Of a stretch of 43,345 nucleotides of DNA, positions 16,601-26,557 are shown one piece after another. Within the stretch, counting starts at the first letter, position 1. Each line of letters begins with the position of its first letter. The translations under genes and the position numbers were made by a program. The notes under the pieces are model-generated. The model had not been told where the DNA came from. It was given only the letters and a program-made list of their open reading frames with translations, and made no database searches. This stretch comes from a virus (lineage: Duplodnaviria > Caudoviricetes): positions 1 to 43,345 of the IMG/VR virus record IMGVR_UViG_3300009678_000085; one strand, given 5' to 3'.

Positions 16601-17585
16601 TTGAGTACGGTGCGTTCGGATCACCCTCGAATCGCTCGATCGCAGAGGGCCGCCCACGTAGCTCATCCGGGGGGCGGAACTCTGTCGTGACCGTAGGCTT
16701 GTACTCGATCCTGAGCTGGTTCTGGCGCTCTGGCTTCGGATAGTCCATCAGGACATCCTCGGCCAGGTTTACCACAGGAGGGGGAGGAGGAGGCTCAGGG
16801 GCAGCAGGGGGCGGAGGGGCTGCAGCCGCTGCGTCACGGGCAGCCTTCTGCCCTAGGATGTCCTGGGCTAGGGCTACGGCGTCTGCTTCCTTCTGCGCCT
16901 TGAACTGGGCTGCCTTCGTGTTGATGACGTTCGACGCTACCCCGCCAGGGGCAGAGAAGACTCCACCAAGCGCACCAGTTACGGCCGTTCCGTACGGATC
17001 GAATTCGTTCCCTCGGAGCCAGTCGGCAACAGTCTTGATACCGGCTGTAGCAGCAGCTCCTGCCCCAGAGTGACGGAGGATGTTCTTGGCTAGCCCTACA
17101 ACCGGACGCCTTGTGAGTGCGCTCTGGAGGATGGCCGGGAGGGAGCCGTAGGCTGCGTACTCGGTTCCGTGGCTGAGGTCCGTTTCTGGAGCATCGAATC
17201 CAGCATTACGCTGTGCCCAATCGGCCGTGAGTCCAGAAACCGCTCCAGCAATAGTTCCACCAATAATGCCTGATCCTGGGAGGACAAAATTAAGAGCTGC
17301 TGGCCCCGCCATAGCTGCAGCTTTTCCAAACGCTTCGCCTTCTCCGAAATCGTAGTAACCAGCGGCAGGCCCTTCGTGCTCATACTCGCTACCTTGTGGG
17401 TTATCCAACCTGTCGTAGGTCTTCTGATAGATCGGATCGCGCGTGGGCAAACTTGCCCCGCCCTCTCTCAGTCGAGCCCGCTGGCTCGGGGTCATGGCCG
17501 ATGTGTCGACAGCCCCTTCTGCTGGGGCTGTCTCTACTACCTGCTGCCCCTGGGCAGCCCTGTATCGCTCAGAAGGGGTGCTCAT
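13608..17585 (-). CDS. Large internal virion / DNA ejection protein (1325 aa)
   Basis: Last and largest gene of the structural arm; Gly/Ala-rich N-terminal segments, Pro-rich linker, helical C-terminus. Confidence 0.65.
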   Translation of the reverse strand: MSTPSERYRAAQGQQVVETAPAEGAVDTSAMTPSQRARLREGGASLPTRDPIYQKTYDRLDNPQGSEYEHEGPAAGYYDFGEGEAFGKAAAMAGPAALNFVLPGSGIIGGTIAGAVSGLTADWAQRNAGFDAPETDLSHGTEYAAYGSLPAILQSALTRRPVVGLAKNILRHSGAGAAATAGIKTVADWLRGNEFDPYGTAVTGALGGVFSAPGGVASNVINTKAAQFKAQKEADAVALAQDILGQKAARDAAAAAPPPPAAPEPPPPPPVVNLAEDVLMDYPKPERQNQLRIEYKPTVTTEFRPPDELRGRPSAIERFEGDPNAPYSTIDPDNPYRYQGDPDAPVSNIQETWAPDESKGRRLHGDFSMDDYNITKGSDGYYVTRPGGEPGQYSDSELNLGTFKRFGEAEAFVRNRRGRPLYSVSQGRAGDVPSRNLPVIPPERVNTPPGIRRTDTQTANPWVPKDRDELQSFAENVRQPPKTDSEPPRQPPKTGLAGPGGQQGFSDILDPFRYDRGNAGGGTLGATSGGTSSPPPAEVTPPAASTEVPPSEKQWFRFDRKPNPYDEPVDTPEATERAGKLLFPWAQKNEAPVAEAPASVTAPGPGSGAIPLVAQGKLTNPDGSPVYTVTSSGSYPLRTRPGLFETIDSKFGYPATRIFGGLVRNPQAMARFGEEGLVTKLMDNSGDVFQNEARFSTRVKALMQRLHPQDRPLIAEAIYDSPEGKLARDKIREGDVDQDTKTIFEAIQDEIEDLQSLDGRVQRSVGDPLDSPNRLVQLKTDAVTGKLRKLNELEVGLPEAGYKKYLPRVGPAPYDGGPRKGMLDFLPDFPRSRQVGQILGSSPASVDPEGILAIHGRRLAEETSLGHHFGWDSRRVTQLKSDTPLFKAHPDLPEGLADDAERMLERRKEEGAKGKAVYSMFEGTTKHLLDRNDPETLMQLARVVQGLTSDVALGLSAFSNFGQRKMIHIFLGDDWAKLGQLEYDRNEVIPHIGKTPREVIEGSGALTTGMTREFLASGAGRETWGFRALEWVENSRLRSRDSWGSVAAAISLSKEMANNVDLLNSSAAAWQAKLLGWDPSDLASRRGVFSENDMTKTHKSFVRNTQYFNAPGEVSPGTQMTIPRMLGLQWQTYALRQPSTWDANIKNLLTSGDKELQKLGATFLARATVYQTTASYEAAILRSIVSGKILRNTNIFGPESDQKTVGPVEMGMNLSKQAFEGTFGAAAAPMSAGVEAMRGFKNAPDESTFPGRAWEGAKAGVSEFANSFTSSPFSPLMATAKEASFNHPEEALLRGSALAFPTSSAVTPMLTEWARKRRLATSEAP
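15404..15417. promoter_or_regulatory. Palindromic site 11 GGGCAAGTTTGCCC
   Basis: Intragenic (EGKLAR). Confidence 0.8.
17445..17458. promoter_or_regulatory. Palindromic site 12 GGGCAAACTTGCCC
   Basis: Intragenic (GASLP). Confidence 0.8.
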
Positions 17586-19270
17586 CGAAGGTTCTGTTTA
17601 GTAAGCTGATACCCTCTCCACAGGGACATAATCCGTCTCACATGAGAGTTATAGATAGCGTCTGCCTCTGAGGGGTTCTTTTCGTTGATCTCTTCCAGCT
17701 TCTTGTCGAGGTAAAGATCTACCTCCTGTCGGAACAGATTTTCATCTGGTTGGTCAATCTGGACCGGGGGTCCGTTGACCCGCTCACCCCTCTTCGTCTT
17801 CCACCACAAGAAGTCCTCGGACTGGGCCATACGCTGGTCGGTAATCGGGTCGATCTGCTTCCCGCCCAGCCATGCGTAAGTGAGCGTCGGCGTTTCCATG
17901 ACCTTCGTGTAGGAGTCTGCAATCTTCCTGTAGTCTTCCCGCAGATACTCGTCGTCGGTACGGACGTTTAGCTCACGCGCCCTAACGGCCTCTTCCTCCT
18001 TCTTCGCTACCTCTGCTGCAATCTCTCTTCCTAGAGGCGAAGTCTCCCTTGGCGCGTACCTAGTAACAACATCCTCTGGGCCTTCGCCAGTAAGCCCAGA
18101 TCTGTATGCTTTCTCTCCTACGCCGAGAGCAGTATCTTCGTTACCTAGACGCCGCTCTATAACCTTGTCTGCGTAGGGTGAACCTGGGACAACAGGACGA
18201 GTACCTAGATCAGTTTGCCTAACGTTCCTCAGCTCAATGTTAGCCCCTGCGCTCGCGTCGGCACTTCTCGCCTGCGCGCCGCGTAGACGCTGCTGGCTGT
18301 GGAACTCGGGCATGCGGATATAGTTACCCTGTTGAAGAGCCTCGATATTTAGGGGATGCTCTTCTGCTGCTCGTGCGTCTGCCGTACCCTTGTAGTACAG
18401 GCTACCTTCCCTAGCTCCGATCTTGCTGGTGAGATCCTCGATACCGAGTCGCGTCTTCAGTGCCTTGGTGCGTGCAGACTCGTACATATACTGGCGCTGC
18501 GTCTTCCCTAGGAGCCACCGCGCTAGGCCAGGCCCATCGTCTGGAGGAGCACCCTCCATCCCCATCGAGGTGTTGACACCGCTCTTAAGGTCAGCCATCT
18601 CGTTGTAGGTAGGTACCCCCTTCAGGATCTTCCCTACCTCTGGAATGTAACCAATGAGCCTAGGAATAGCAGCGATAGCCGTGATGAGAGGATTCTCGTC
18701 CTTCTCTAGGTAGGATGCAGGGTAGGCAGAGTTTACGTCTGCCACTGCCCGGTTATAGACTCCTTTACCAGAGAAGTCCGGGGGCGCTGTCCGCTGCGAC
18801 GATACAGGGTATCTGGTCGAAGGCTCCGTCCCGGTTAGGCTACCAGTGAGGGCGTCAGGCTCATCACCCCCGACTAGCTCTCCAGTGATCGTGTCCTGCC
18901 CATCGACGTAACGGTTCGGATGGTCCGCAAACTTGTGCTTCGACGGCCAGTGGCCCGTATCGTCAGGCTCATCTCCTGCCAGGTAAGCCGCCCGATAGTC
19001 GTATTGCTGATCTGGAGCGTCGGGATCTGGATTCAGCTTCCACGGTTCGGCCTTGCTCCTGTACCAGTTCTGAAAGTCCTGCTCCATCCCTGGATCGTCA
19101 AAGCCAATGCCCTCGTGCGACTCCAGCGGATCAGTACCCTCGTAAAGATCCATCGCAGGATCTGGCTCTGGCTCAGGCTGTTCGTAGCCGTAGGGGTCGA
19201 TCTCTTCGATACCACCCAGGGAGCTGTAGTAGTCGTCGTAGAGATTCCCACCAATGCTGTAATCACGCAT
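17582..19270 (-). CDS. Putative internal virion protein
   Basis: Start ATG 19270 overlaps the upstream stop; acidic N-terminus and YDYR..GHWPS..HP mini-domain. Confidence 0.6.
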   Translation of the reverse strand: MRDYSIGGNLYDDYYSSLGGIEEIDPYGYEQPEPEPDPAMDLYEGTDPLESHEGIGFDDPGMEQDFQNWYRSKAEPWKLNPDPDAPDQQYDYRAAYLAGDEPDDTGHWPSKHKFADHPNRYVDGQDTITGELVGGDEPDALTGSLTGTEPSTRYPVSSQRTAPPDFSGKGVYNRAVADVNSAYPASYLEKDENPLITAIAAIPRLIGYIPEVGKILKGVPTYNEMADLKSGVNTSMGMEGAPPDDGPGLARWLLGKTQRQYMYESARTKALKTRLGIEDLTSKIGAREGSLYYKGTADARAAEEHPLNIEALQQGNYIRMPEFHSQQRLRGAQARSADASAGANIELRNVRQTDLGTRPVVPGSPYADKVIERRLGNEDTALGVGEKAYRSGLTGEGPEDVVTRYAPRETSPLGREIAAEVAKKEEEAVRARELNVRTDDEYLREDYRKIADSYTKVMETPTLTYAWLGGKQIDPITDQRMAQSEDFLWWKTKRGERVNGPPVQIDQPDENLFRQEVDLYLDKKLEEINEKNPSEADAIYNSHVRRIMSLWRGYQLTKQNLR

Positions 19271-20456
19271 ATTCGTAGGCGTACTTGTTGTAGTAGGGGT
19301 TCCGAGTGTACGGGAACACATCTGGCCTACGAAGGCCAGGAGTCATGGAGGTCTTGATGGCGTTTCTCGTGAACCCGCTGGCAGCCTTAGAAGCCAAAGG
19401 AGCCATACGCTCGCCGTAGGAAGGGATGTGCAGACCCTCGGGCTGTGTCCCAAATTCGCCCATCAGGGAATCAGTCTTCTCGGGTAGGAGGTAGTTCCCA
19501 GGGTCTGGACCCCCGATCTGCCGCGTGATGCCCCCAGCAACGTTGCCAGCAAGCGCACCAGCGCCTCCCATGAGCGCACCCCTACCTGGGTCATCCCTAT
19601 CACTGATCGCGCCCCGTGTAGCCCCTGCAGCAACGTTCTGCGCCGTCCTGCTCAGCAGGTTAGGAGCTGCCTCCTTGATGCTCTGAGTGAAAGACTCCCG
19701 GCCGATATTCTTGAAAGCATCGACATAGGCGTTTCCAGTCGTAGCTTTTGAAAGAAAAGAGCCAGGACTAGGAATTCCTTCCTGAATTGTACCAAAGAGA
19801 GACTGCGTCCCTAGACTCTTGATACCCTGCTCAAGGCTCTTATGCCCTGCCCCACCAATAGCCTTCTCGACACCAGCCGAGCCGATCTCCTTCATGCTCT
19901 CAGTGAAACTAGTTATAGCACCCTCGTTAAGGGTGGAACTAGTTACCGAGGGTGAAATACCTGTCGCAGAAGAAGAAGCTGTCTCTAGGCCAGTTAACCC
20001 GGCCGTACCTGCCTGCGTCGCTGTAACGCTAGCTGGAGTAGAAAGTGTTCCAGCGGCTGTCGAAGGAGCTATCGAAGCTACCGTGGGAATCGCCGTACCC
20101 GATACCGTCGCTCCAGTCGCAGCAGCAGAAGTCACAGGGATAGCTGTAGTCGCCGCCAATGTTCCCGTCGCTGCTCCTGTCGTCGCTCCTGCCGCTGCTC
20201 CTGTCGTCCCGCCTGCTGTTCCCCCTGCTGCCGCTCCACCAGCAGCCCCCGTACCTGCCCCAATCGCCGGGCCAACCGCCGCACCAATTGCCGCCCCTGC
20301 TCCCGCCGTAATTCCAGCACTGCCCATAGCGATAGTCTTGTCCCTGAAGTACGGCCCCCAGTTTTCTCCTGTCTGGAAAGGATGCTGTCCACGAATACCG
20401 TACGTAATGTCGTTGACGGCATCAGCTACCGCCATCGCTATAATCAGCGCATACAT
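19263..20456 (-). CDS. Gly/Ala/Thr-rich putative ejection (pilot) protein
   Basis: Long GA-rich hydrophobic tract; position in the tail/ejection block. Confidence 0.6.
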   Translation of the reverse strand: MYALIIAMAVADAVNDITYGIRGQHPFQTGENWGPYFRDKTIAMGSAGITAGAGAAIGAAVGPAIGAGTGAAGGAAAGGTAGGTTGAAAGATTGAATGTLAATTAIPVTSAAATGATVSGTAIPTVASIAPSTAAGTLSTPASVTATQAGTAGLTGLETASSSATGISPSVTSSTLNEGAITSFTESMKEIGSAGVEKAIGGAGHKSLEQGIKSLGTQSLFGTIQEGIPSPGSFLSKATTGNAYVDAFKNIGRESFTQSIKEAAPNLLSRTAQNVAAGATRGAISDRDDPGRGALMGGAGALAGNVAGGITRQIGGPDPGNYLLPEKTDSLMGEFGTQPEGLHIPSYGERMAPLASKAASGFTRNAIKTSMTPGLRRPDVFPYTRNPYYNKYAYEYA

Positions 20457-22396
20457 TAGTCTGGGTTCTCGTCTACGTTAAGCCTGTTGAAGTAGTCCGG
20501 CGCTCCACCGAGTGCGTTTCCTACCGTGTTAGCCGCCATCGCTTCCCACGGATTCGTCCGGCCTGCCGTCGGCATGGTCGGCGTCACACCTGTCGCAAGC
20601 TGCATCAGCATCGAGTACGGCATCTGGCCGAACTGGATCTGCTGGTTGTACCGCTCGTTCTCCTCGGCACGGTAGCGGTCATTCAGATCCATGAATTCGC
20701 CGTACCGCTGGGCACGCTGATTCTGCCCAAACCCGTAGAGATCCATGTAGTCTCGCATGCCACGAGACTGCTCTGCGCTCTGTGCCGTCTGCCGGTTCAA
20801 AGCAGCTTCGTCTGCCCCGAGCAGACTACGAAGCCCCATGTCTTGGTCGATACCGTACCGCTGCATGAAGTTGCCGGTGTCGGTGTTGTACTTGCCCATC
20901 GCACGGTCGCCGCCCTGACCATACGCCTGTGCTAGCCGGTTTCGCCCCTGCTCGGCCTCCTCGAACCCGAATCGGCCACCTTCTCTCCGAGCACCAGAGA
21001 GTTCCTGAAAGATCGCCTGGTCGGCAGCCAGGTCCGCACTGTACTTGCCAAATGCCCGGTCGGCCCCCTGCGCGTACGCCTGGCCAAGGCGATTCCGCTT
21101 CTGCTCCGACTCCTCAAAGCCGAAGCGCCCACCCTCCATGATGCCTGACGCTACCCGCTCCATCGCAGCCTGGTCGGCTTCCGAGAGGATGCCCTGCTTC
21201 ATCCGATTGGAGGAGTCCATGATGTTGCGGAAGCTCTTGTGCATACCGCTCTGGGACTGACCCGAGCGTCCCATACCGGAGGCTGCGGCTGCAGCAAGAG
21301 CTTCCGGTCCTGCAGAGTTCAGCGTCTCCTGCGTCTCCTCGTCAATTGCATCGTTCAGATTGCTGGTGAAGGCGTTGCGCAACCCCTTGAGCTGATCCAC
21401 CATGCCCGCGCCAATCGACGCACCGCCAGGACCAGACTGGGCTTCCCTGATGCGCTGTGCTTGCCAGCCAGAGCCGAACGAAGGATCGTTCTGTCTGAGC
21501 CCCCTGGCCATGGCACCATAGCCAGAGATGTCATTCACCATCCCCTGGCCGATGGCTTCTCCGACAGGTCTGCCCTGAGCGTTGGCTACGCGCCCTGCTT
21601 GCCAGTCTGCGTCGAGGGCGGGGTTCTGGGCACCAGCAAGCTGGGAATCGAGCCAACGCCCGCCGTAAGCAGCCTGCTGACGAAATGCTGTGTTAGTGTC
21701 ATAGGTACTCCCGGTATGTGGAGCCCACTGGTTCCCTCCGGCACCGAAACCTCCATAATTCTGGAAGGATCTTTCACCGGACGACCTTTGAACACTGGGC
21801 GCGATGACTTGGCCGGTTTTCGGGTCGACGAGGTCCGTCGCGAAGTTCCTGTTGAACGAGCCTTCCGCATCGGCATACCTGTTCATCGCTCCGCCCTGGC
21901 CATACATCGCCATGTTCAAAGGCAGAGAGACACTACTGCTGGGACCAAACCCAGCACCCCTGGACATCAGGTTGCCGCGTGCCCCCTGGTTCCAGAAACC
22001 TGGGAAACTCTGCATCCAGCCAGTGCCACCAGGCCCGGCAGGGTTAGGGCCAGTGGCGAATTGACCCGGAGGGAAGGCTCCACCACCACGCTGATCCTCA
22101 CCATAAGGGTAATCCCCACCTAGCTGGGGAGGCGCTGCGAATCCTGGCTGATCGAAAGGCCAGCCAGCAGAAGTGCTACCTAGCTGACCATTGCCACTGC
22201 CCTGACCAAACTGCCCACGCCAGTCACCAGCCTGCTTCCCCTCAAATTCCTGACGAGGATCGTACGGCCCAAACATCGCACCGATATTCGGTGCATTCTC
22301 GCCAGGATTCTCGACGTTGTAGTACGGCCCGAACAGCATGTTCAGGGCGTTCATCCCGGCGGGGGCTACTACATGCCTACCTACGCTGATCGCCAT
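20456..22396 (-). CDS. Gly/Gln/Ala-rich putative ejection protein with internal repeat
   Basis: AAASGMGRSG motif; duplicated EGGRFGFEE..RNRL.QAY.QG.DRA.GKY with 153-nt period. Confidence 0.6.
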   Translation of the reverse strand: MAISVGRHVVAPAGMNALNMLFGPYYNVENPGENAPNIGAMFGPYDPRQEFEGKQAGDWRGQFGQGSGNGQLGSTSAGWPFDQPGFAAPPQLGGDYPYGEDQRGGGAFPPGQFATGPNPAGPGGTGWMQSFPGFWNQGARGNLMSRGAGFGPSSSVSLPLNMAMYGQGGAMNRYADAEGSFNRNFATDLVDPKTGQVIAPSVQRSSGERSFQNYGGFGAGGNQWAPHTGSTYDTNTAFRQQAAYGGRWLDSQLAGAQNPALDADWQAGRVANAQGRPVGEAIGQGMVNDISGYGAMARGLRQNDPSFGSGWQAQRIREAQSGPGGASIGAGMVDQLKGLRNAFTSNLNDAIDEETQETLNSAGPEALAAAAASGMGRSGQSQSGMHKSFRNIMDSSNRMKQGILSEADQAAMERVASGIMEGGRFGFEESEQKRNRLGQAYAQGADRAFGKYSADLAADQAIFQELSGARREGGRFGFEEAEQGRNRLAQAYGQGGDRAMGKYNTDTGNFMQRYGIDQDMGLRSLLGADEAALNRQTAQSAEQSRGMRDYMDLYGFGQNQRAQRYGEFMDLNDRYRAEENERYNQQIQFGQMPYSMLMQLATGVTPTMPTAGRTNPWEAMAANTVGNALGGAPDYFNRLNVDENPD

Positions 22397-22408
22397 TTAG
22401 TGCTCCGT

Positions 22409-22422
22409 GGGCAAACTTGCCC
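22409..22422. promoter_or_regulatory. Palindromic site 13 GGGCAAACTTGCCC
   Basis: Fills the 29-nt intergenic gap, adjacent to the - strand GGAG RBS. Confidence 0.85.
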
Positions 22423-22425
22423 GCG

Positions 22426-23967
22426 TCAGACCGGAGGAACGTAAGCGCCAGGATCGCCCTGCATCGCGCTCGCGCGCATGTACCAGTCACGGATGCTCTG
22501 AGCCTGCGGACCACCCATCGTCATGATCGGGGCGTTTCTCAGCCAGTCCATCCCACGGGGTACCGGACCACCGGGCTGCTGCGCCTGCCGGGCTGCGTTC
22601 ATCAGGTAGCCAGGAGCGTACATCCGCCCTGTAGGATCTTGGCCCATGTCGTGAGCTGCAGCGGTGTAGCGCATCGGCCCAAACTCGTTAGGACCGTACC
22701 CGGCGTACTGCTGATCTCGCGCCCTACGAGCAATCACGTCATTCCGTGGTCCGTGCCGCTGATAATCCTGTGCCTGGTAGTTGCCACCAGGACCAAACAC
22801 ATCCTCGTCACGGAACGGATTGGCAGACGCCATCTCGAACGGAGCGTTCGATGCCATCTCCAGCGCGGAGGGAGCAGAGAGCGCCGAGGCACTCTCGGGC
22901 TGAAGATGCTGTGGTCCGGGAGGCGGGAAGCCAGGACCAACGGTATCCTCTTCCCACGTCTTCGTGGTTGGATTCCAGCGGTAGTTTCCATCACCCGTAG
23001 GCATGGTCCGGGCTCTCTTGCCGTGGCCTTGCTCCCGGTACTTGCGGTCTAGTCCACGGTTGTAGTCGAACCGTGCTCGCCTCGCCTGCTGAATCCAGTA
23101 GGGGTCGTCTGCTCCAGGGATACCAGGCGTAGAGACGGCCAGGCCACCCTGCGGCAGCGGCTGGCTACCTCCCTTGCCTGGAGTGTTCTGCTGCTTATTG
23201 ACCGCATCCCGCCAGAGCTTCTTGCCCTGCGCTGCAAGGAACTTGTTCTGCTCTTCTGGGGACAGCCGAGACAGATCCACGTCAAAGGCCATCGGAGTTT
23301 GGTTCGGATGCTGCTGAGCCATCGTCTTGACGTACCAGTCGTACATGGCCGGATCGGAGGTCCACGAAAGCTGCGGAGTCATGCTCCCACCCTGGTAGCT
23401 ACCAGGGTTGTCACGAGTGCCAGGCGTAGGAGGAGGACCAACCAGGGACTGGGTACTGCCCATAGGGCCAGTTAGAGAGCTAATGCCAGCAGGACCAAGA
23501 GAGCTAGTCTGACCCAATGCTCTAGGAGTTGCAGCATGGACAGGTAGAGTATTAGGATCTCCTGTGAAATTCCCAGGGTTGTAGCGTGTTCCTCGCGTAG
23601 GCCACTGCCCAGTCGGATCGCTCACCCCAAGGAATCCGTTACCTACGTTATCTGGAGGAACTCCACGCTGACGGTGATGTCCTAGGTCACTCAGGGGACG
23701 CCAGCCACCTGTAACTGGGTTCGGATTTGGAGGATTCCCTGGATTCTGCCCAGGTGGAGCGTAATACTGAAAGCCACCGCCACCCTGGCTCGGTCCGCTC
23801 CTCCCACTACCACGCTGAGCACCAGGCCCAACCTCCTGCCCACCCCGGAACTCCCGACGCTGAGTATCCACCGACATCGGACTCGCCAGATACTCGCCTA
23901 CACCCAGGTCGCCCTGGTTGATGAGCCGATTGGGCCGCGCTAGACCCTGCGCAAATGCTCTAGGCAT
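22426..23967 (-). CDS. Pro/Gly-rich putative virion protein
   Basis: 513 aa low-complexity ORF; AGGAG RBS. Confidence 0.65.
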   Translation of the reverse strand: MPRAFAQGLARPNRLINQGDLGVGEYLASPMSVDTQRREFRGGQEVGPGAQRGSGRSGPSQGGGGFQYYAPPGQNPGNPPNPNPVTGGWRPLSDLGHHRQRGVPPDNVGNGFLGVSDPTGQWPTRGTRYNPGNFTGDPNTLPVHAATPRALGQTSSLGPAGISSLTGPMGSTQSLVGPPPTPGTRDNPGSYQGGSMTPQLSWTSDPAMYDWYVKTMAQQHPNQTPMAFDVDLSRLSPEEQNKFLAAQGKKLWRDAVNKQQNTPGKGGSQPLPQGGLAVSTPGIPGADDPYWIQQARRARFDYNRGLDRKYREQGHGKRARTMPTGDGNYRWNPTTKTWEEDTVGPGFPPPGPQHLQPESASALSAPSALEMASNAPFEMASANPFRDEDVFGPGGNYQAQDYQRHGPRNDVIARRARDQQYAGYGPNEFGPMRYTAAAHDMGQDPTGRMYAPGYLMNAARQAQQPGGPVPRGMDWLRNAPIMTMGGPQAQSIRDWYMRASAMQGDPGAYVPPV

Positions 23968-23976
23968 CTCTCTCTC

Positions 23977-24339
23977 CTAAAGAATCCAAGCCTCAAAGTC
24001 CGTGCTGGTGCGGGTGCAACGTATCACTACGTCGTCCGAGTTCCAAAGGAGCTTGTCGGCGGGAATGAAGTAAAATGTCGTCGCGGTAGTACCTATGTTC
24101 TCTGCAGGTACGAAGAGGGCAAATCTCGGAGTCCATCCAAGTCCATGGTTGAACGTCTCTGGACTCCCTGCTGCCACAGAGTAAGTGCCAGCGATCACTT
24201 TCCCTGCATTCTCATCAGGCTGGATGCCACCATTCAGCGCATTCCGAATGGCACCATAGACTATATCCAGATCCTTGGTGCTCTGCCGCGTCTCATCCCT
24301 CGCGGTCACCGACCACCGTATCGAATCAGGCACCCTCAT
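23977..24339 (-). CDS. Putative tail-associated protein
   Basis: ETFNHGLGWTP motif typical of fibre/tail domains; follows the nozzle gene. Confidence 0.55.
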   Translation of the reverse strand: MRVPDSIRWSVTARDETRQSTKDLDIVYGAIRNALNGGIQPDENAGKVIAGTYSVAAGSPETFNHGLGWTPRFALFVPAENIGTTATTFYFIPADKLLWNSDDVVIRCTRTSTDFEAWIL

Positions 24340-26557
24340 CCGCAAGCATCCTTCTGATGTGACCCTCGTTCGCCATGTACCAGCAAGTGACCTGAGAGAC
24401 AATGAAAAGCATCTTGTTGTGATCGCCCGTAGGTGGTGCTGGGTTCGTGAACACGAACTTGAACACCTGACCCTGTACCCGCAGCTTCTTCCGAATCGTC
24501 TGCCTACCAGGCCCGTTGTGCCCCTCTTCTACCGGAGCGTACCGTATCCCCGGCCCGCCAATGCCCTGCTCGCTCAGCTTGATAGCTCTCGTTCTGGGCC
24601 ATTGGGTATGGTCTACGATAACCTCTAGAGAGGCCACAGGGGTTATCATATTGTAGTCTGCGTACACGTCTACCAGCAGGTACCCCTGGTATCCATCGTC
24701 TGCACCCGGATCGTAGTTCCAGCCCCTGCGAGGACGAATGGAGTTCCACCCATGCATCCGCGTATCCCGTACGTCGATCTCCAGCAAGAGCAGATCTTTC
24801 TGATACGGCGAGTCGAAGTCTTGCCATCCAGTCTCGACGCGCATCTCCATGATATGCGGGCTCATGGAGTACATAACGTTATCGTCGAAGATCGGACCTA
24901 CGTTGTGATAGCGAGGAATGGATCTACCTGGCTCGTATGCGTACTGAAGTATCGGACGCTCGAGTAGGACTGTTCCGTTTGCCAGGAATATGAACTGCGT
25001 TGCTTCGTATCCGTAGCTATTTACGCCAAGGACGCCTGAGCCACCGCCCCACACGGGAAGAAGAATATAATCGAGATCGACGCTACTTAGATTCTGAATC
25101 TCTATTGCGTCGATGCTCCATTCTTCCTTGTCCCAATTGTAGACATAGACCGAGAAGCATTTCTCTGTAGTCGGATACTGCTGCTCCCTCTCTGTGCCTA
25201 CCGCATAGTATACTTCCTGCCTCGACTCGTTCTTCCACGAGACGACCATCGAAGGAGCAATCTCCATCACTCCCTGCTGGGCAAGCTGGGGATTGTCCCA
25301 CGGCAACGTCGGTGATCCAGCTTCCCTTGCCAAGATGTCAGCGATCTCTCCACCCAACGGTGAAACATCGGTCCCATCAAACGACACTGGCCCTACCTGC
25401 GACCAGAAGTAATGCAACCTACCGACCGGCACGAGAGATCTAGGAGCTATCATCCCTAGCTGCTGATTGTTCTCCTCGATTATGAATGGTTCCGAATTGG
25501 AACCAGTAGAGGAAATCATCTCCTGGCGATCAGTATAGTGAATGATGGCCCTATCGCCTAGGGTTTTCATTCCACGTATCTGACTGGTGAACGCGAAATT
25601 CGTCCTGTAGTTAGGGAAATCTACACCCAGGACTACACGATGCCAGGAAAGGATATCTCCAATTTCACTCCACCAAAACGTCTGCTCTGAGCCCTCGTTC
25701 GTATCCGGCGGAGACACAAAGGCATAGAGTAGTCGTTGCTTAAATGTCTCACAGAACGCTGGAGGCGTAGGAAGCGGATCTGGTGGAGAAACGCTAGTAT
25801 CCCTAAAGATGTCCCGCTTGATAGGCTCTTCTAGGAAGATACTGATAGCAGTAGGCCCGTACAAATTGCTGGTGTAGATGATGTACAGCGTATCGGCGAG
25901 AAGGGCAGGTGAACCTGTCCATGCATCATCTGCTACGTGCGCTATGGCCTGACGAAAGACCGTGGCATCGCAGTTGGTCAGGCAAAGTGCTCCAGGCTTA
26001 ATGGTTGTTCCGAAGTTGAATAGACCACTAGCCACCGGAATGATCGGATCGTAGAAGTCCGCCGTAAAGGTAACCGTAGGCCCAACGTACGGACGAGTTA
26101 GATTAATACCAGAACCAATCGAATAGTATTCCGAGTACGCAGCAGGCTTGACGTTGTTAACGATAAACCACTGACCTATTACCGGAGCTGTCCCTGCTCC
26201 GATTGTCGGTACACGGCTACCCTGCGTCAGAGTAATGCTACAGGAAGTAGAAGGATCATACGTCGGCGAAAGCAGGATCTGGTAGGTAGAAGCGAAGTCT
26301 GCAATCTTCAGACACGCCATCGGCCCAATGAGCAACTGCAAGGTATAGGAACCCGGTATCGTTATGCAGTGCGTGAAGGGAAGCCGAAGACCCTCTGTCG
26401 CACCTAGCATATCCAGGGTATGCCTAGGCCAGACCTCTCCACCCATCACTCGATAATTAAAGCCACCCTTGAGTGGGTGGCTTTGATTAGAGCGATCGTC
26501 CTCTAGGGTCCCAGATAGGGCAGCAAAAGGCCCAAGTCTGAATGCGTCTACGGCCAC
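24326..26557 (-). CDS. Tail nozzle / DNA-stabilisation protein (tubular protein B-like)
   Basis: Beta-propeller-like motifs FKQRLLY..FWWSEIGD..W, LGMIAPRSLV, YVYNW..EWS, RVETGW.DF. Confidence 0.7.
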   Translation of the reverse strand: MAVDAFRLGPFAALSGTLEDDRSNQSHPLKGGFNYRVMGGEVWPRHTLDMLGATEGLRLPFTHCITIPGSYTLQLLIGPMACLKIADFASTYQILLSPTYDPSTSCSITLTQGSRVPTIGAGTAPVIGQWFIVNNVKPAAYSEYYSIGSGINLTRPYVGPTVTFTADFYDPIIPVASGLFNFGTTIKPGALCLTNCDATVFRQAIAHVADDAWTGSPALLADTLYIIYTSNLYGPTAISIFLEEPIKRDIFRDTSVSPPDPLPTPPAFCETFKQRLLYAFVSPPDTNEGSEQTFWWSEIGDILSWHRVVLGVDFPNYRTNFAFTSQIRGMKTLGDRAIIHYTDRQEMISSTGSNSEPFIIEENNQQLGMIAPRSLVPVGRLHYFWSQVGPVSFDGTDVSPLGGEIADILAREAGSPTLPWDNPQLAQQGVMEIAPSMVVSWKNESRQEVYYAVGTEREQQYPTTEKCFSVYVYNWDKEEWSIDAIEIQNLSSVDLDYILLPVWGGGSGVLGVNSYGYEATQFIFLANGTVLLERPILQYAYEPGRSIPRYHNVGPIFDDNVMYSMSPHIMEMRVETGWQDFDSPYQKDLLLLEIDVRDTRMHGWNSIRPRRGWNYDPGADDGYQGYLLVDVYADYNMITPVASLEVIVDHTQWPRTRAIKLSEQGIGGPGIRYAPVEEGHNGPGRQTIRKKLRVQGQVFKFVFTNPAPPTGDHNKMLFIVSQVTCWYMANEGHIRRMLADEGA

